A stretch of DNA of 64,000 nt from Candidatus Uhrbacteria bacterium (GTDB lineage: Bacteria > Patescibacteriota > Patescibacteriia > UBA9934 > GWF2-40-263): assembly GCA_023246355.1 (NCBI GenBank), contig JAHFIQ010000002.1, forward strand, positions 118,229 through 182,228, given 5' to 3'. Position numbers and translations under genes: made by a program. The notes below the pieces were generated by a model, which worked only from the letters and a program-made list of their open reading frames with translations, ran no database searches and was not told where the DNA came from. Of this stretch, positions 29,794 to 38,386 are shown one piece after another (within the stretch, counting starts at the first letter, position 1; the number at the start of each line of letters is the position of its first letter).

Positions 29794-30399
29794 ATGAAGC
29801 TCTGCTCAGCCCCCAAATGTGGGGGGATATTCTACGCACGTGGGTTTTGTCGCAAGCACTACCAGCTATTTCGCCTGGCTGGCTTTCCAGAAGGTTGGAT
29901 GCCCAAGCGTCGCATTTGGTTTTGTTTGGTGCAGTGGTGCGATGAGGAAGTGACCACACGGGGATATTGCGCCGCTCACTACCAACAGTGGCGCCGGCGG
30001 GGGTATCCAAAAAACTGGAAGCCGAAGAAGCCTCGTGAGCCGATCTTGCTGTGCCTGGTCAGCGGCTGCGGTGAGCCGAAAAAAACCAAAGGTTTCTGTG
30101 ATCGGCACTACAAGCAATGGAGGAGGGGTCATCTGGAAGGCTTCACTCCACCAGCCGTTGTTCCTCACTGCAAGGTTCCCGAGTGCGAGGGCACGGTTAT
30201 CGGACAAGGGTTTTGTCGACGTCATTACAATCAGTGGCGTCGCAATGTGCTTGAAGGTTTCCCTCGCCCTGGCTTCCCCTTGTGCAAAGTTCCTTCCTGC
30301 GATGAGCCTGTTTACGGGTATGGATGGTGTCAGCGCCATTATCGTTTCTGGCGACGCCGTGGCTATCCCAAAGATCTGGATCCGAACACGTTAAGCTAA
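29794..30399 (+). CDS. protein made of five tandem C-x4-C-x7-G-x-C-x2-H-Y zinc-finger-like repeats
   Basis: Five units of about 39-44 aa, four of them ending HYxxWRR (unit 1 ends HYQLFRL); followed by a terminator hairpin. Confidence 0.85.
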   Translation: MKLCSAPKCGGIFYARGFCRKHYQLFRLAGFPEGWMPKRRIWFCLVQWCDEEVTTRGYCAAHYQQWRRRGYPKNWKPKKPREPILLCLVSGCGEPKKTKGFCDRHYKQWRRGHLEGFTPPAVVPHCKVPECEGTVIGQGFCRRHYNQWRRNVLEGFPRPGFPLCKVPSCDEPVYGYGWCQRHYRFWRRRGYPKDLDPNTLS

Positions 30400-30516
30400 C
30401 GCGCACTCCCTCGCATCCTGCGGGGATTTTATTTTGATGTTGACGTTTGTTCACCGGGGTGAAAAAAAGTCAGCGCGATCGTTTGACAGTCACCCGCGGA
30501 TCCATTATAACTATGC

Positions 30517-30593
30517 CGCGGGGTAGAGCAGCCTGGCAGCTCGCTTGGCTCATAACCAAGAGGTCGCTGGTTCAAATCCAGCCCCCGCAACCA
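30517..30593 (+). tRNA. tRNA-fMet (CAT), initiator
   Basis: Cloverleaf CGCGGGG...CCCCGCA-A-CCA with C1:A72 mismatch and CTCATAA loop; TTGACA-17-TATAAC promoter upstream. Confidence 0.95.
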
Positions 30594-30687
30594 AAAACAT
30601 TCGTGCACCGCACGGATGTTTTTGGTATTGACTTTTTTCATCCTTTTCCTTACTCTGGAGAACCTCCACTCATTCTTGGAGAACATC

Positions 30688-30969
30688 ATGCGATTGTTTT
30701 ACATCGGAACAGGCATTGTGATCTGTGCAGCGATCCTTCCTTACCCCCTCGTGCTGATGGGGGTCCCACATACCGCTGTTGCAGCGATTGTGACGATCGT
30801 GGGGGTCGGAGGATTCCTTCTGCAGATGTACGGGGCCTTCAAGATGCGTGCGGCTCATGAAAATACCCTCAAGCAGATGAGGAATCGCCACGAGGCCAAA
30901 ATGGCAGCGGCACAACGCCTTCCTGCCGCGCAAGCCATCCGCCTCCTCCTTCAACCAGACGACGACTAG
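30688..30969 (+). CDS. small two-TM membrane protein
   Basis: TTGACT-17-TACTCT promoter, GGAG RBS and a downstream terminator hairpin. Confidence 0.7.
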   Translation: MRLFYIGTGIVICAAILPYPLVLMGVPHTAVAAIVTIVGVGGFLLQMYGAFKMRAAHENTLKQMRNRHEAKMAAAQRLPAAQAIRLLLQPDDD

Positions 30970-31006
30970 CTCCTCGCGCTCTAAGCGCGAGTTTTCTTTT
31001 TTAAAC

Positions 31007-31038
31007 AAAAAACCAGTCACAAACGTCACTGGTTTTTT
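31007..31038 (-). terminator. terminator downstream of the tRNA-Leu/tRNA-Met pair
   Basis: AAAAAACCAGT...ACTGGTTTTTT. Confidence 0.65.
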
Positions 31039-31114
31039 GGTAGCTGGGGTGGGAGTCGAACCCACGACCTCGGGCTTATGAGTCCCACGCTCTAACCAAC
31101 TGAGCTACCCAGCC
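31038..31114 (-). tRNA. tRNA-Met (CAT), elongator type
   Basis: GGCTGGGTAGCTCAGTTGGTTAGAGC..GACTCATAAG..GGTTCGACTCC..CCCAGCTACCA; tRNA-Ile2 cannot be fully excluded. Confidence 0.9.
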
Positions 31115-31155
31115 GTACTACCGAGCCCAAGCAGATCGCTTTTTTTCGAGCTGCG

Positions 31156-31242
31156 TGGTGGCCAGAGAGGGAATCGAACCCTCACATGGTTGCCCATACG
31201 GGATTTTGAGTCCCGCGCGTCTACCAATTCCGCCATCCGGCC
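31156..31242 (-). tRNA. tRNA-Leu (CAA)
   Basis: GGCCGGATGGCGGAATTGGTAGACGCG..CTCAAAA, long variable arm, GGTTCGATTCC and CCA end. Confidence 0.95.
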
Positions 31243-31349
31243 ATAGGCGTCGAAATAGTAACAAAGACTCTTTTGTGTGTCCATCAACGTTCTGTTTGAT
31301 CAAGAGAAAACCCACCTGCTTGAAAGCGTTGGTGGGCAGCGTGCTGGTC

Positions 31350-31772
31350 TTAGCCAGCGGCAAGGATGAGCTTTCGCCTCGCAGCGGCCTCCAGTGGTTT
31401 TGGGGCAGGGGAGACAGCCACCATGGCTTCGGCCGGGTCGCCGGTCATGAAGCGCAGGAGCACCTCGATGTCAGGTGGGCTTGGGATCACGAAGATTTTC
31501 CAGAACTGCGGAGGCCCGAGTCGAGGAGCCACGATCACCTGTCCTTCTTGTTCTAGCGTCGTGATCGAGAGATCAAGACGCGCCTTGAGCTTCAAGGTGG
31601 TGAGCAGATCCTGCACAACGTTGGCGGGAAGCACGGCGTGCGTGTTGATCTCGTCGTGTTGTACGAAGCGGATGACCCCCGTTCCTCTGGGAGGTACATG
31701 GAGGAGAATCCCTTCAACCCCAATCGCTCGCGCTGATGCGAACATCTGGTTCATGAGATCCCTATTTTCCAT
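31350..31772 (-). CDS. stand-alone degenerate GspE/PilB N-terminal (N2D-like) domain protein
   Basis: LKLKARLDLS....EQEG resembles the PilB motif K..A.LDI.E.R.PQDG; no Walker A. Confidence 0.55.
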   Translation of the reverse strand: MENRDLMNQMFASARAIGVEGILLHVPPRGTGVIRFVQHDEINTHAVLPANVVQDLLTTLKLKARLDLSITTLEQEGQVIVAPRLGPPQFWKIFVIPSPPDIEVLLRFMTGDPAEAMVAVSPAPKPLEAAARRKLILAAG

Positions 31773-31870
31773 CGACCCCTCCTGACTCCATCACCATGCC
31801 TGAAAAAAACCTTTTGGTCAAGATGGCTTCTGTGCTTAGACGATGTCAGGTATAATGTCATTACTCGCTT

Positions 31871-32644
31871 ATGGCGCATATTATTTCGGTCGTCAATCAG
31901 AAAGGAGGTGTGGGGAAAACGACCACAGCGTTGAATTTGGCTGCGTATTTGTCCGAGCTGGGCAAGTATGTCTTGTTGGTTGATCTTGATCCACAAGCCA
32001 ACGCAACGTCCGGGCTCGGGTTGGATCACAAAACGCTTCCTGCTGGCGTGTACGAAGGGTTAATTGGAAGTCAGGCTGTCCGTGATCTCATCCGACGAAC
32101 CAATCACGAAGGGCTTCGGATTCTCCCTGCGACCCAAGCGTTGGCTGGAGCCTCGGTGGAATTGGTCAACATGGAAGAGCGTGAACATTTCTTGCGCAAG
32201 GCGCTTTTGGAAATCCGCAACGACTACGACTACATTTTCATCGACAACCCGCCGTCCTTGGGCATGCTCACCATCAATGGACTGGTGGCCGCTGATTCGG
32301 TACTCATTCCTGTGCAAGCTGAATACTTCGCGCTGGAAGGCCTCTCACAGCTCATGAATACCGTGAACTTGGTGCGCGAGAATTTGAAACCTACCCTTGA
32401 AATGATGGGCGCAGTCATCACCATGTATGATGGTCGCACGCGGCTTTCCAAAGAAGTTCTTGAAGAGCTCTATCGGTATTTTCCCGAGAAGATTTTTCGT
32501 TCAGTTATTCCTCGATCTGTGAGGCTGGCGGAAGCGCCTTCATTTGGGAAATCTATTTTTCACTATGATCCTTCCTCCAAAGCCGCAAAAGCGTACGAGC
32601 GGTTGGCGAAGGAATTTATTCTTCGCGAAGAAGGAAAATTATGA
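31871..32644 (+). CDS. parA: chromosome partitioning ATPase ParA/Soj
   Basis: NQKGGVGKTTT, DLDPQANAT and LAEAPSFG. Confidence 0.97.
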   Translation: MAHIISVVNQKGGVGKTTTALNLAAYLSELGKYVLLVDLDPQANATSGLGLDHKTLPAGVYEGLIGSQAVRDLIRRTNHEGLRILPATQALAGASVELVNMEEREHFLRKALLEIRNDYDYIFIDNPPSLGMLTINGLVAADSVLIPVQAEYFALEGLSQLMNTVNLVRENLKPTLEMMGAVITMYDGRTRLSKEVLEELYRYFPEKIFRSVIPRSVRLAEAPSFGKSIFHYDPSSKAAKAYERLAKEFILREEGKL

Positions 32645-33498
32645 GCGCACCATCCGTCTTAGGTCGAGGACTTGGATCCTTGATTCCACACAAACAAACA
32701 ATCACCGAACAAGTGATCCCATCCGCGCGCACAGAGGTGTTGGAAGTTCCCGTTGGGGATATCCACGAGAATCCGCGCCAGCCGCGCCAGCATTTTTCTG
32801 CTTCTGAACTTGAGGACTTGATTGGATCGATTAAAGAGCATGGCATCATGCAACCCTTGGTCGCAGTGCGAGACTCAGGGGACTTTGAGTTGATTGCCGG
32901 AGAGCGCCGTTTGCGTGCGGCCAGGACCTTGGGTTTCAAAACCGTTCCGGTAATTGTCCGCCGCGCGACAGAGCAACAAAAACTCGAGTTGGCCCTCATT
33001 GAAAATATTCAGCGACAAGATTTGAATGCGGTGGAAGAGGCCTTGGCCTATCGAGCGCTGACAGACGAATTTAATCTCACACAGGATGACGTGGCCAAGC
33101 GTGTGGGGAAAAGTCGTTCCAACGTTGCCAATATCCTTCGATTATTAGATCTCTCACCTGAAATGCTTGAGGCCCTGAAAGATGGGAGACTCACCAAGTC
33201 CCATGGCCGTACGCTTCTGGCTGAACCGGATGAAAAAAAGCGAGAAGCGTTATTTCAGCAGATGCTCTCGGGCGGAGTCAGTGTGCGAGAAGCGGAGGCA
33301 CGTGTGTCGTCTCATCCACGCCGAGCTTCTTCGACCACAAAAAAAGACCCGAACCTCTTAGCTCACGAAAAAAAGCTTCGCGAGATTCTTGGGACCAAGG
33401 TCGACATTAAAGAATCGGGTGGAAAGGGCAGTATTACGATCGCGTTTTATTCGCGAGAAGAACTTCTGTCTCTGCTGGATCAACTTTCAGGATTCTAA
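32641..33498 (+). CDS. parB: chromosome partitioning protein ParB/Spo0J
   Basis: LGRGLGSLI, AGERRLRA, ENIQR.DL and HTH. Confidence 0.97.
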   Translation: MSAPSVLGRGLGSLIPHKQTITEQVIPSARTEVLEVPVGDIHENPRQPRQHFSASELEDLIGSIKEHGIMQPLVAVRDSGDFELIAGERRLRAARTLGFKTVPVIVRRATEQQKLELALIENIQRQDLNAVEEALAYRALTDEFNLTQDDVAKRVGKSRSNVANILRLLDLSPEMLEALKDGRLTKSHGRTLLAEPDEKKREALFQQMLSGGVSVREAEARVSSHPRRASSTTKKDPNLLAHEKKLREILGTKVDIKESGGKGSITIAFYSREELLSLLDQLSGF

Positions 33499-34976
33499 CG
33501 CCCCAGCATGCCAGCCAGCCAGCCAGTGACGCTGCGATGGGTGGCGTCTTTTATTTTATTGCGCGCATGGCGCGTTTTGACAAACTTGAGCCAATCCGTG
33601 TTCGGGCTGCGACGGTTTTTATCTGTGACGATGTCGACGATGTCCCCAGAGCGCAGCGGCGTATCCAAGTTACGCATGATTTCGTTGACGCGAGCTGCTG
33701 TGCATTTATTGCCCACCTCTGAGTGAATCGCATAGGCAAAATCCACGGGCGTGGCGCCTTCAGGTAAGTCGATGACATCCCCTTGGGGAGTGAAGACAAA
33801 GATGCGGTCCTTAAAGACATCGATCTTCATGACCTCCAGCTGTTCCATGAAGTCTTTTTTCGTTTCGAGTTCTTTTTGAATTTGGACGAGTTCATCCATC
33901 CAATGCGTGTGCTTCACGGGTTTGTGTGAACCTTCTTTGTATCGCCAGTGCGCTGCGATACCATACTCAGCCAGCTCATGCATCTCCATTGTGCGAATTT
34001 GAAACTCGACGATTTCTCCGTTATCGGTAAAGACGGTCGTATGCAGCGACTGATACCCGTTGGGTTTGGGTTGGGCGATGTAGTCTTTGATGCGGCCTGG
34101 AACCGGTCGCCACTGTTGATGCAACAGTCCCAAAACGGTGTAACATTCCTCGATGTCGCTCACGATGATGCGAATGGCGATCAGATCGTAGAGTTTGCTG
34201 AGGTCCCCTTGGTACCGGTTCAGTTTTTTGAATAGACTGTACAGGCGCTTGACTCGGCCGTGCACTTGGAAATCTGTGACGCCTGTTTGCGTTAAAAATT
34301 TTTCCACTTGGTCAATCACGCGGCTAACATAGGCTCCTTTTTCTCGCACCTTAATGTCCATGATGTTTTTCATTCGTTCGTACTCTTTGGGATACAAATA
34401 GGCAAACGAAGCATCCTCAAGTTCTCCCTTAAACTCACTCATGCCCAGGCGTCCAGCAATGGGGGCGAATATTTCGAGGGACTCGCGAGCAATGCGTTGC
34501 TGTTTATGTTTTGGTTGACCGTAGAGGGTTTCCAAATTATGGAGGCGATCAGCAAATTTCATGAACACCACTCGCACGTCGCTCGCCATGGCCAAAAACA
34601 TTTTTCGCATGTTTTCCGCGTAGCGTTCAGCGCCTCGATACTTGATGCCATGCTTGAGCTTGGTGACACTCTCAACCAGAGAGGCGATGTCGTCGCCGAA
34701 GGCGGTTCGAATCGTTTCGATCTTGACGTCGGAATCCTCTGCCACGTCATGCATGAGGGCCGCACAGATGACGTTTAGGTGCAGTCCCATTTCTGCCAGC
34801 TTGTAGGCAACGGCCACAGGGTGAGAAATAAAATCATGGCCCGTGAGTCGTTTTTCTCCTTCGTGCGCTTGGGCTGCAACACCATACGCACGACGCAGAG
34901 TAGCAAGGTCAGGGTTCTTGTAGGATTTTTTGACAAGCTGTTCAAGCTCATCGTAGGTGCGGACAATTTCTGTCAT
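33495..34976 (-). CDS. rel: RelA/SpoT (p)ppGpp synthetase/hydrolase (HD, synthetase and TGS domains; no ACT)
   Basis: HD motif, ADRLHN, KPNGYQSLHT, EFQIRT and TGS; likely ATG at 34976. Confidence 0.95.
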   Translation of the reverse strand: MTEIVRTYDELEQLVKKSYKNPDLATLRRAYGVAAQAHEGEKRLTGHDFISHPVAVAYKLAEMGLHLNVICAALMHDVAEDSDVKIETIRTAFGDDIASLVESVTKLKHGIKYRGAERYAENMRKMFLAMASDVRVVFMKFADRLHNLETLYGQPKHKQQRIARESLEIFAPIAGRLGMSEFKGELEDASFAYLYPKEYERMKNIMDIKVREKGAYVSRVIDQVEKFLTQTGVTDFQVHGRVKRLYSLFKKLNRYQGDLSKLYDLIAIRIIVSDIEECYTVLGLLHQQWRPVPGRIKDYIAQPKPNGYQSLHTTVFTDNGEIVEFQIRTMEMHELAEYGIAAHWRYKEGSHKPVKHTHWMDELVQIQKELETKKDFMEQLEVMKIDVFKDRIFVFTPQGDVIDLPEGATPVDFAYAIHSEVGNKCTAARVNEIMRNLDTPLRSGDIVDIVTDKNRRSPNTDWLKFVKTRHARNKIKDATHRSVTGWLAGMLGR

Positions 34977-34983
34977 GTATCTT

Positions 34984-35078
34984 ACAAGACTTGAGTGGCA
35001 CGGTGTCTGACCCTGATCGGCAGCGTAGCGCCAGCGAGCACCGGCAGGGTCTGCACCGTGACGAGGCTCAAGTCTTGT
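34984..35078. repeat. 95-nt imperfect inverted repeat (rod hairpin) in the rel leader
   Basis: Nested stems ACAAGACTTGAG/CTCAAGTCTTGT, CACGGTG/CACCGTG and GACCCTG/CAGGGTC. Confidence 0.8.
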
Positions 35079-35184
35079 GTATGATTTCTCCACGATACTG
35101 CCGTGCCACGCGCATGTCAAAGCGTCGTTTGAATTGACAAAAGTCATTTTTTCTGCTACGCTAGCATCAATCTAAAATCAATCT

Positions 35185-35976
35185 ATGGCAGGATCGAGTG
35201 AAAGAGCAGCAGGGGAGCCAAGACGTGAACGACGTCCTTCTCTTGTTGTAGCGCGACGACCTCACATGACGGAAACAGGTGCACGACCTTCTGTCACGCT
35301 CGCTCCAGATACGGCAGCGGTCGAGGCAGCGCGTGAAGCTGCTGCGGCCAGGGCTGCTGCGGCTGAGGTGACAGAACCAAGACCAGGAACCGCTGTTGAA
35401 GTTCGCGATATTCCAGACGAAGAATTTGAAGACCTCCCTGATCTCGAAGACGAACAAGATCCTGATTCAGGATTTCTTCACTCCGTGGGCAAAGCGGCTG
35501 GCGCTGTCGCTGGTGTCGGTGCCGTATCTGGCATCACGGGGATCGCTCGTTTTGGGGCTGTAAAATCTTTGACGCTCGTCGATCGATTGGCCTTGAAGCT
35601 CAATAGTTGGGGGGACGGTCTCTTGAAAAAAGCGGACATGCCTTTCCCGTTTGGAACCCTTGCCTCGGTGACGGCCGGAGGACTCGATTGGGTTGTCGGT
35701 GCCCTTGCCAGCGAGAAGTCTCTTGCAGAACTTATCAAGAAAGAAAAAGAAGAACAGAAGAAGGCAGAAGACAAGGCTCTCGCGAAACTCCTTGACGATC
35801 AAAAGAAAATGGAAAAGAAACAAGACGATGCGGCCAAGAAAAAGAAAGAGAAAGAACAAAAAAAGAAAAAGTTACAAAAAGCATTTGGAAGGGATCAAGC
35901 CGATGCAATTGAGGAAGCCATCGAAGCAGAGGAAAAAGAAGAAGAACCGAAAGCCGAAGAAAAAGAAGCCGCATAA
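35185..35976 (+). CDS. hypothetical protein with a central hydrophobic segment and K/E-rich coiled-coil tail
   Basis: Long ORF with TTGACA-17-TACGCT upstream. Confidence 0.7.
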   Translation: MAGSSERAAGEPRRERRPSLVVARRPHMTETGARPSVTLAPDTAAVEAAREAAAARAAAAEVTEPRPGTAVEVRDIPDEEFEDLPDLEDEQDPDSGFLHSVGKAAGAVAGVGAVSGITGIARFGAVKSLTLVDRLALKLNSWGDGLLKKADMPFPFGTLASVTAGGLDWVVGALASEKSLAELIKKEKEEQKKAEDKALAKLLDDQKKMEKKQDDAAKKKKEKEQKKKKLQKAFGRDQADAIEEAIEAEEKEEEPKAEEKEAA

Positions 35977-36009
35977 AACGAGCCTCGCCCATAGGCTACG
36001 GCCGAGGGC

Positions 36010-38322
36010 CTACGCTCGTTTTTGCTTTTTGCCTCGTGCGAATCTTGATGGTCCGCGCGCTCGTTTTTTTGCGAGGATGTCGATCGCGACGTCTCTGGTG
36101 ATCTCTTCAGGGTTCCATTTTTTTCCAATCGAGGCATTGGTCGTGCCGTCAGTGAGATAGGGACCGAAGCGACCAGTCTTCAAGAGGATCAAACCTTTTG
36201 AATCAGGATCCTCCCCAAATTCTCCCAGCGGCGTTTTCATCTTTTCTTTGAGCTGCTTGGATTCTTTCAGCAAAGCTTTTGCTTCTTCAAGTGTGACCGT
36301 GAGCGGGGAAAGAGGTTCCTTGATGGAGGCATAGACATCCCCGGCTTTTGCATACGGACCGAACCGTCCCACAGCAACCGTGATCGTCTCGTCCTCATCG
36401 GTTACTCCCAATGTTTTTGGAAGTGACAGACAGGCGAGCGCCTGTTCAAGCGTCACAGATTCAAAATGCATGTCCTTCATGAGGCTTGCACTGTGAGGCT
36501 TGGCTTTTCCCGCGTCCTTATCGGCTTTGGTAAATTCTCCGAGCTGAACAAAGCCGCCAAAGCGTCCGGTCTTCGCGATCACAGGCAGGCCCGTTCTGGG
36601 ATCCGTTCCCAGAACTTTGTCAGGCATGATGTCCTCGCGCTTGACCTCCTTTGTTTTTTCCTCAAGCGTTTTGTGAAACGGCGTATAAAAAGCCTGTAGG
36701 GTTGGGACGAGCTTGGCATCACCGTCGGCGATTTCATCGAGCGTGGATTCCATTTTTGCCGTGAACGCGTAGTCGATGATGGAGGGGAAGTGGTTCACCA
36801 AAAGATCGGTGACGATCATGGCAATGTCTGTGGGCGCGAGTTTTTTGTTTTCATCGCGCTCAACATAGCCACGATCGATAATGGTGGAAATGGTCGGGGC
36901 GTAGGTGGATGGGCGACCAATGCCAAACTCCTCCAAGGCTTTCACAAGAGTGGCATCTGAATAGCGAGCGGGTGGTTCGGTAAAGTGTTGTGTGGGAAGA
37001 ATCATTTTCGTTTGGACTTCTTCACCCTCTTGCAGATCCGGCAGAATTTTTTCCTTGGCTGATTGATAGACTTTCATGAATCCATCAAAGGCGACTGAGC
37101 TGCCGTTGGCACGGAAAAGGTAGGTGGATGAGGTGGATAAGGTGGCTGAGGTGGTTAAATCAACAGTCGTGCGATTGAGCTCGGCTGAGGGAAGTTGAGA
37201 AGCAAGCGTGCGTCGCCAGATCAGGTCGTAGAGTTTCCAGGCGCGTGGCTCGAGCTCTGAGCGTAGCGTTGCCGGTTCTACATCCACACTCGTCGGACGG
37301 ATGGCTTCGTGGGCTTCCTGGGCGCCGGCTTTGGCCGTTTTGTAGCGCTTGGGACCTTCAGCGTAGCGTGAACCAAAATGCGACTGGATATAGGTTTGCG
37401 CTTCACCCAAAAATTTCTCGGCAAAGTTCATCGAGTCGGTACGCATGTAGGTGATGCGACCCGTTTCGTAGAGTTGTTGCGCCAGCCGCATGGTTTGCTT
37501 GGCGCTCATGCCGAGTTTTGTGTTGGCATCGATTTGGAGGGTCGAGGTGGTATACGGTGTTGGTGGCGCGCGCTTCACGAGTTTCTTTTCTACGGCCGTG
37601 ACCTTCATGGAAGACCCAGCAAGATCCGTGACAATTTTTTCTGCCTCCGCCTGCGTCTTGATTTCAAGCTTGTCGATTTTTTTTCCATCGCGGGTTTCGA
37701 GTTTGGCAGGGAAGTCGAGCCCTTCTTTTGTGAGTGTTGCATCGATCGTCCAAAATTCATCAATCTGGAACGCACGTCGTTCCCGTTCGCGATCGACCAC
37801 CAGGCGCATGGCAACCGATTGCACGCGACCCGCAGAAAGTCCGCGACGAACCTTGGTCCACAAAAAAGGGGACAACTCGTATCCAACAAGGCGATCCAAA
37901 ATGCGGCGCGCTTGTTGGGCATCGACCAAATTCAAATCAATGTGCCTGGGATGCGCCACGGCCTCATCAATCGCATGCTTGGTGATTTCATGAAACGTGA
38001 TGCGTTTGGCTGTTGCCTCATCCAGTCCCAGTGCTTGCGCCAAATGCCACGCGATGGCTTCTCCTTCACGGTCTTCGTCCGTCGCCAAGTAAACGTCATC
38101 GGCTGCTTTCACCGCGGCCTTGAGTTCTGTGACATGGGGTTTGCTCTTGGGAGGAATCGTGTACGTCGGTTCAAAATCGTGCTCCACATCCACACCCAGT
38201 TTGCTCTTGGGTAAATCGCGGATATGACCAAACGAAGAGAGCACGCGGTACTCGCCGCCGAGATATTTTGAAATGGTTTTTGCTTTCGTCGGGGACTCGA
38301 CGATGAGAAGTTTGGAAGGCAT
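36010..38322 (-). CDS. topA: DNA topoisomerase I with C-terminal GRFGPY repeats
   Basis: IVESPTKAK, DEDREGE, SAGRVQS, ITYMRTD and AHEAIRPT. Confidence 0.98.
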   Translation of the reverse strand: MPSKLLIVESPTKAKTISKYLGGEYRVLSSFGHIRDLPKSKLGVDVEHDFEPTYTIPPKSKPHVTELKAAVKAADDVYLATDEDREGEAIAWHLAQALGLDEATAKRITFHEITKHAIDEAVAHPRHIDLNLVDAQQARRILDRLVGYELSPFLWTKVRRGLSAGRVQSVAMRLVVDRERERRAFQIDEFWTIDATLTKEGLDFPAKLETRDGKKIDKLEIKTQAEAEKIVTDLAGSSMKVTAVEKKLVKRAPPTPYTTSTLQIDANTKLGMSAKQTMRLAQQLYETGRITYMRTDSMNFAEKFLGEAQTYIQSHFGSRYAEGPKRYKTAKAGAQEAHEAIRPTSVDVEPATLRSELEPRAWKLYDLIWRRTLASQLPSAELNRTTVDLTTSATLSTSSTYLFRANGSSVAFDGFMKVYQSAKEKILPDLQEGEEVQTKMILPTQHFTEPPARYSDATLVKALEEFGIGRPSTYAPTISTIIDRGYVERDENKKLAPTDIAMIVTDLLVNHFPSIIDYAFTAKMESTLDEIADGDAKLVPTLQAFYTPFHKTLEEKTKEVKREDIMPDKVLGTDPRTGLPVIAKTGRFGGFVQLGEFTKADKDAGKAKPHSASLMKDMHFESVTLEQALACLSLPKTLGVTDEDETITVAVGRFGPYAKAGDVYASIKEPLSPLTVTLEEAKALLKESKQLKEKMKTPLGEFGEDPDSKGLILLKTGRFGPYLTDGTTNASIGKKWNPEEITRDVAIDILAKKRARGPSRFARGKKQKRA
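37121..37156 (+). repeat. 9-bp minisatellite, copy C, antisense within topA
   Basis: TAGGTGGAT GAGGTGGAT AAGGTGGCT GAGGTGGTT; reads TTSATLSTSST in TopA. Confidence 0.7.
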
Positions 38323-38360
38323 GTAGTCTACAAGCTACAAGTGATAGAACAGAACGTCAA

Positions 38361-38386
38361 GACACGTCGTTCGCGAACGACGTGTC
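38361..38386. repeat. perfect 26-bp palindrome between dprA and the topA promoter
   Basis: GACACGTCGTTCGCGAACGACGTGTC. Confidence 0.9.

Noticed and set aside
31038-31114. A31-G39 mismatch suggesting a pseudo-tRNA
   Set aside because: The rest of the cloverleaf and the CCA end are intact, and as I recall GACTCATAAG occurs in functional elongator tRNA-Met of other bacteria.
30429-31363. Short ORFs across the tRNA cluster
   Set aside because: They overlap tRNA-fMet, tRNA-Met and tRNA-Leu.
31800-33500. parS sites or oriC near parAB
   Set aside because: No TGTTTCACGTGAAACA-like palindrome or DnaA-box cluster was seen by eye; a motif scan would be needed to exclude degenerate sites.
34977-35147. 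57-aa N-terminal extension of Rel as given in the track
   Set aside because: It runs through the inverted repeat and is not Rel-like; ATG at 34976 fits the family.
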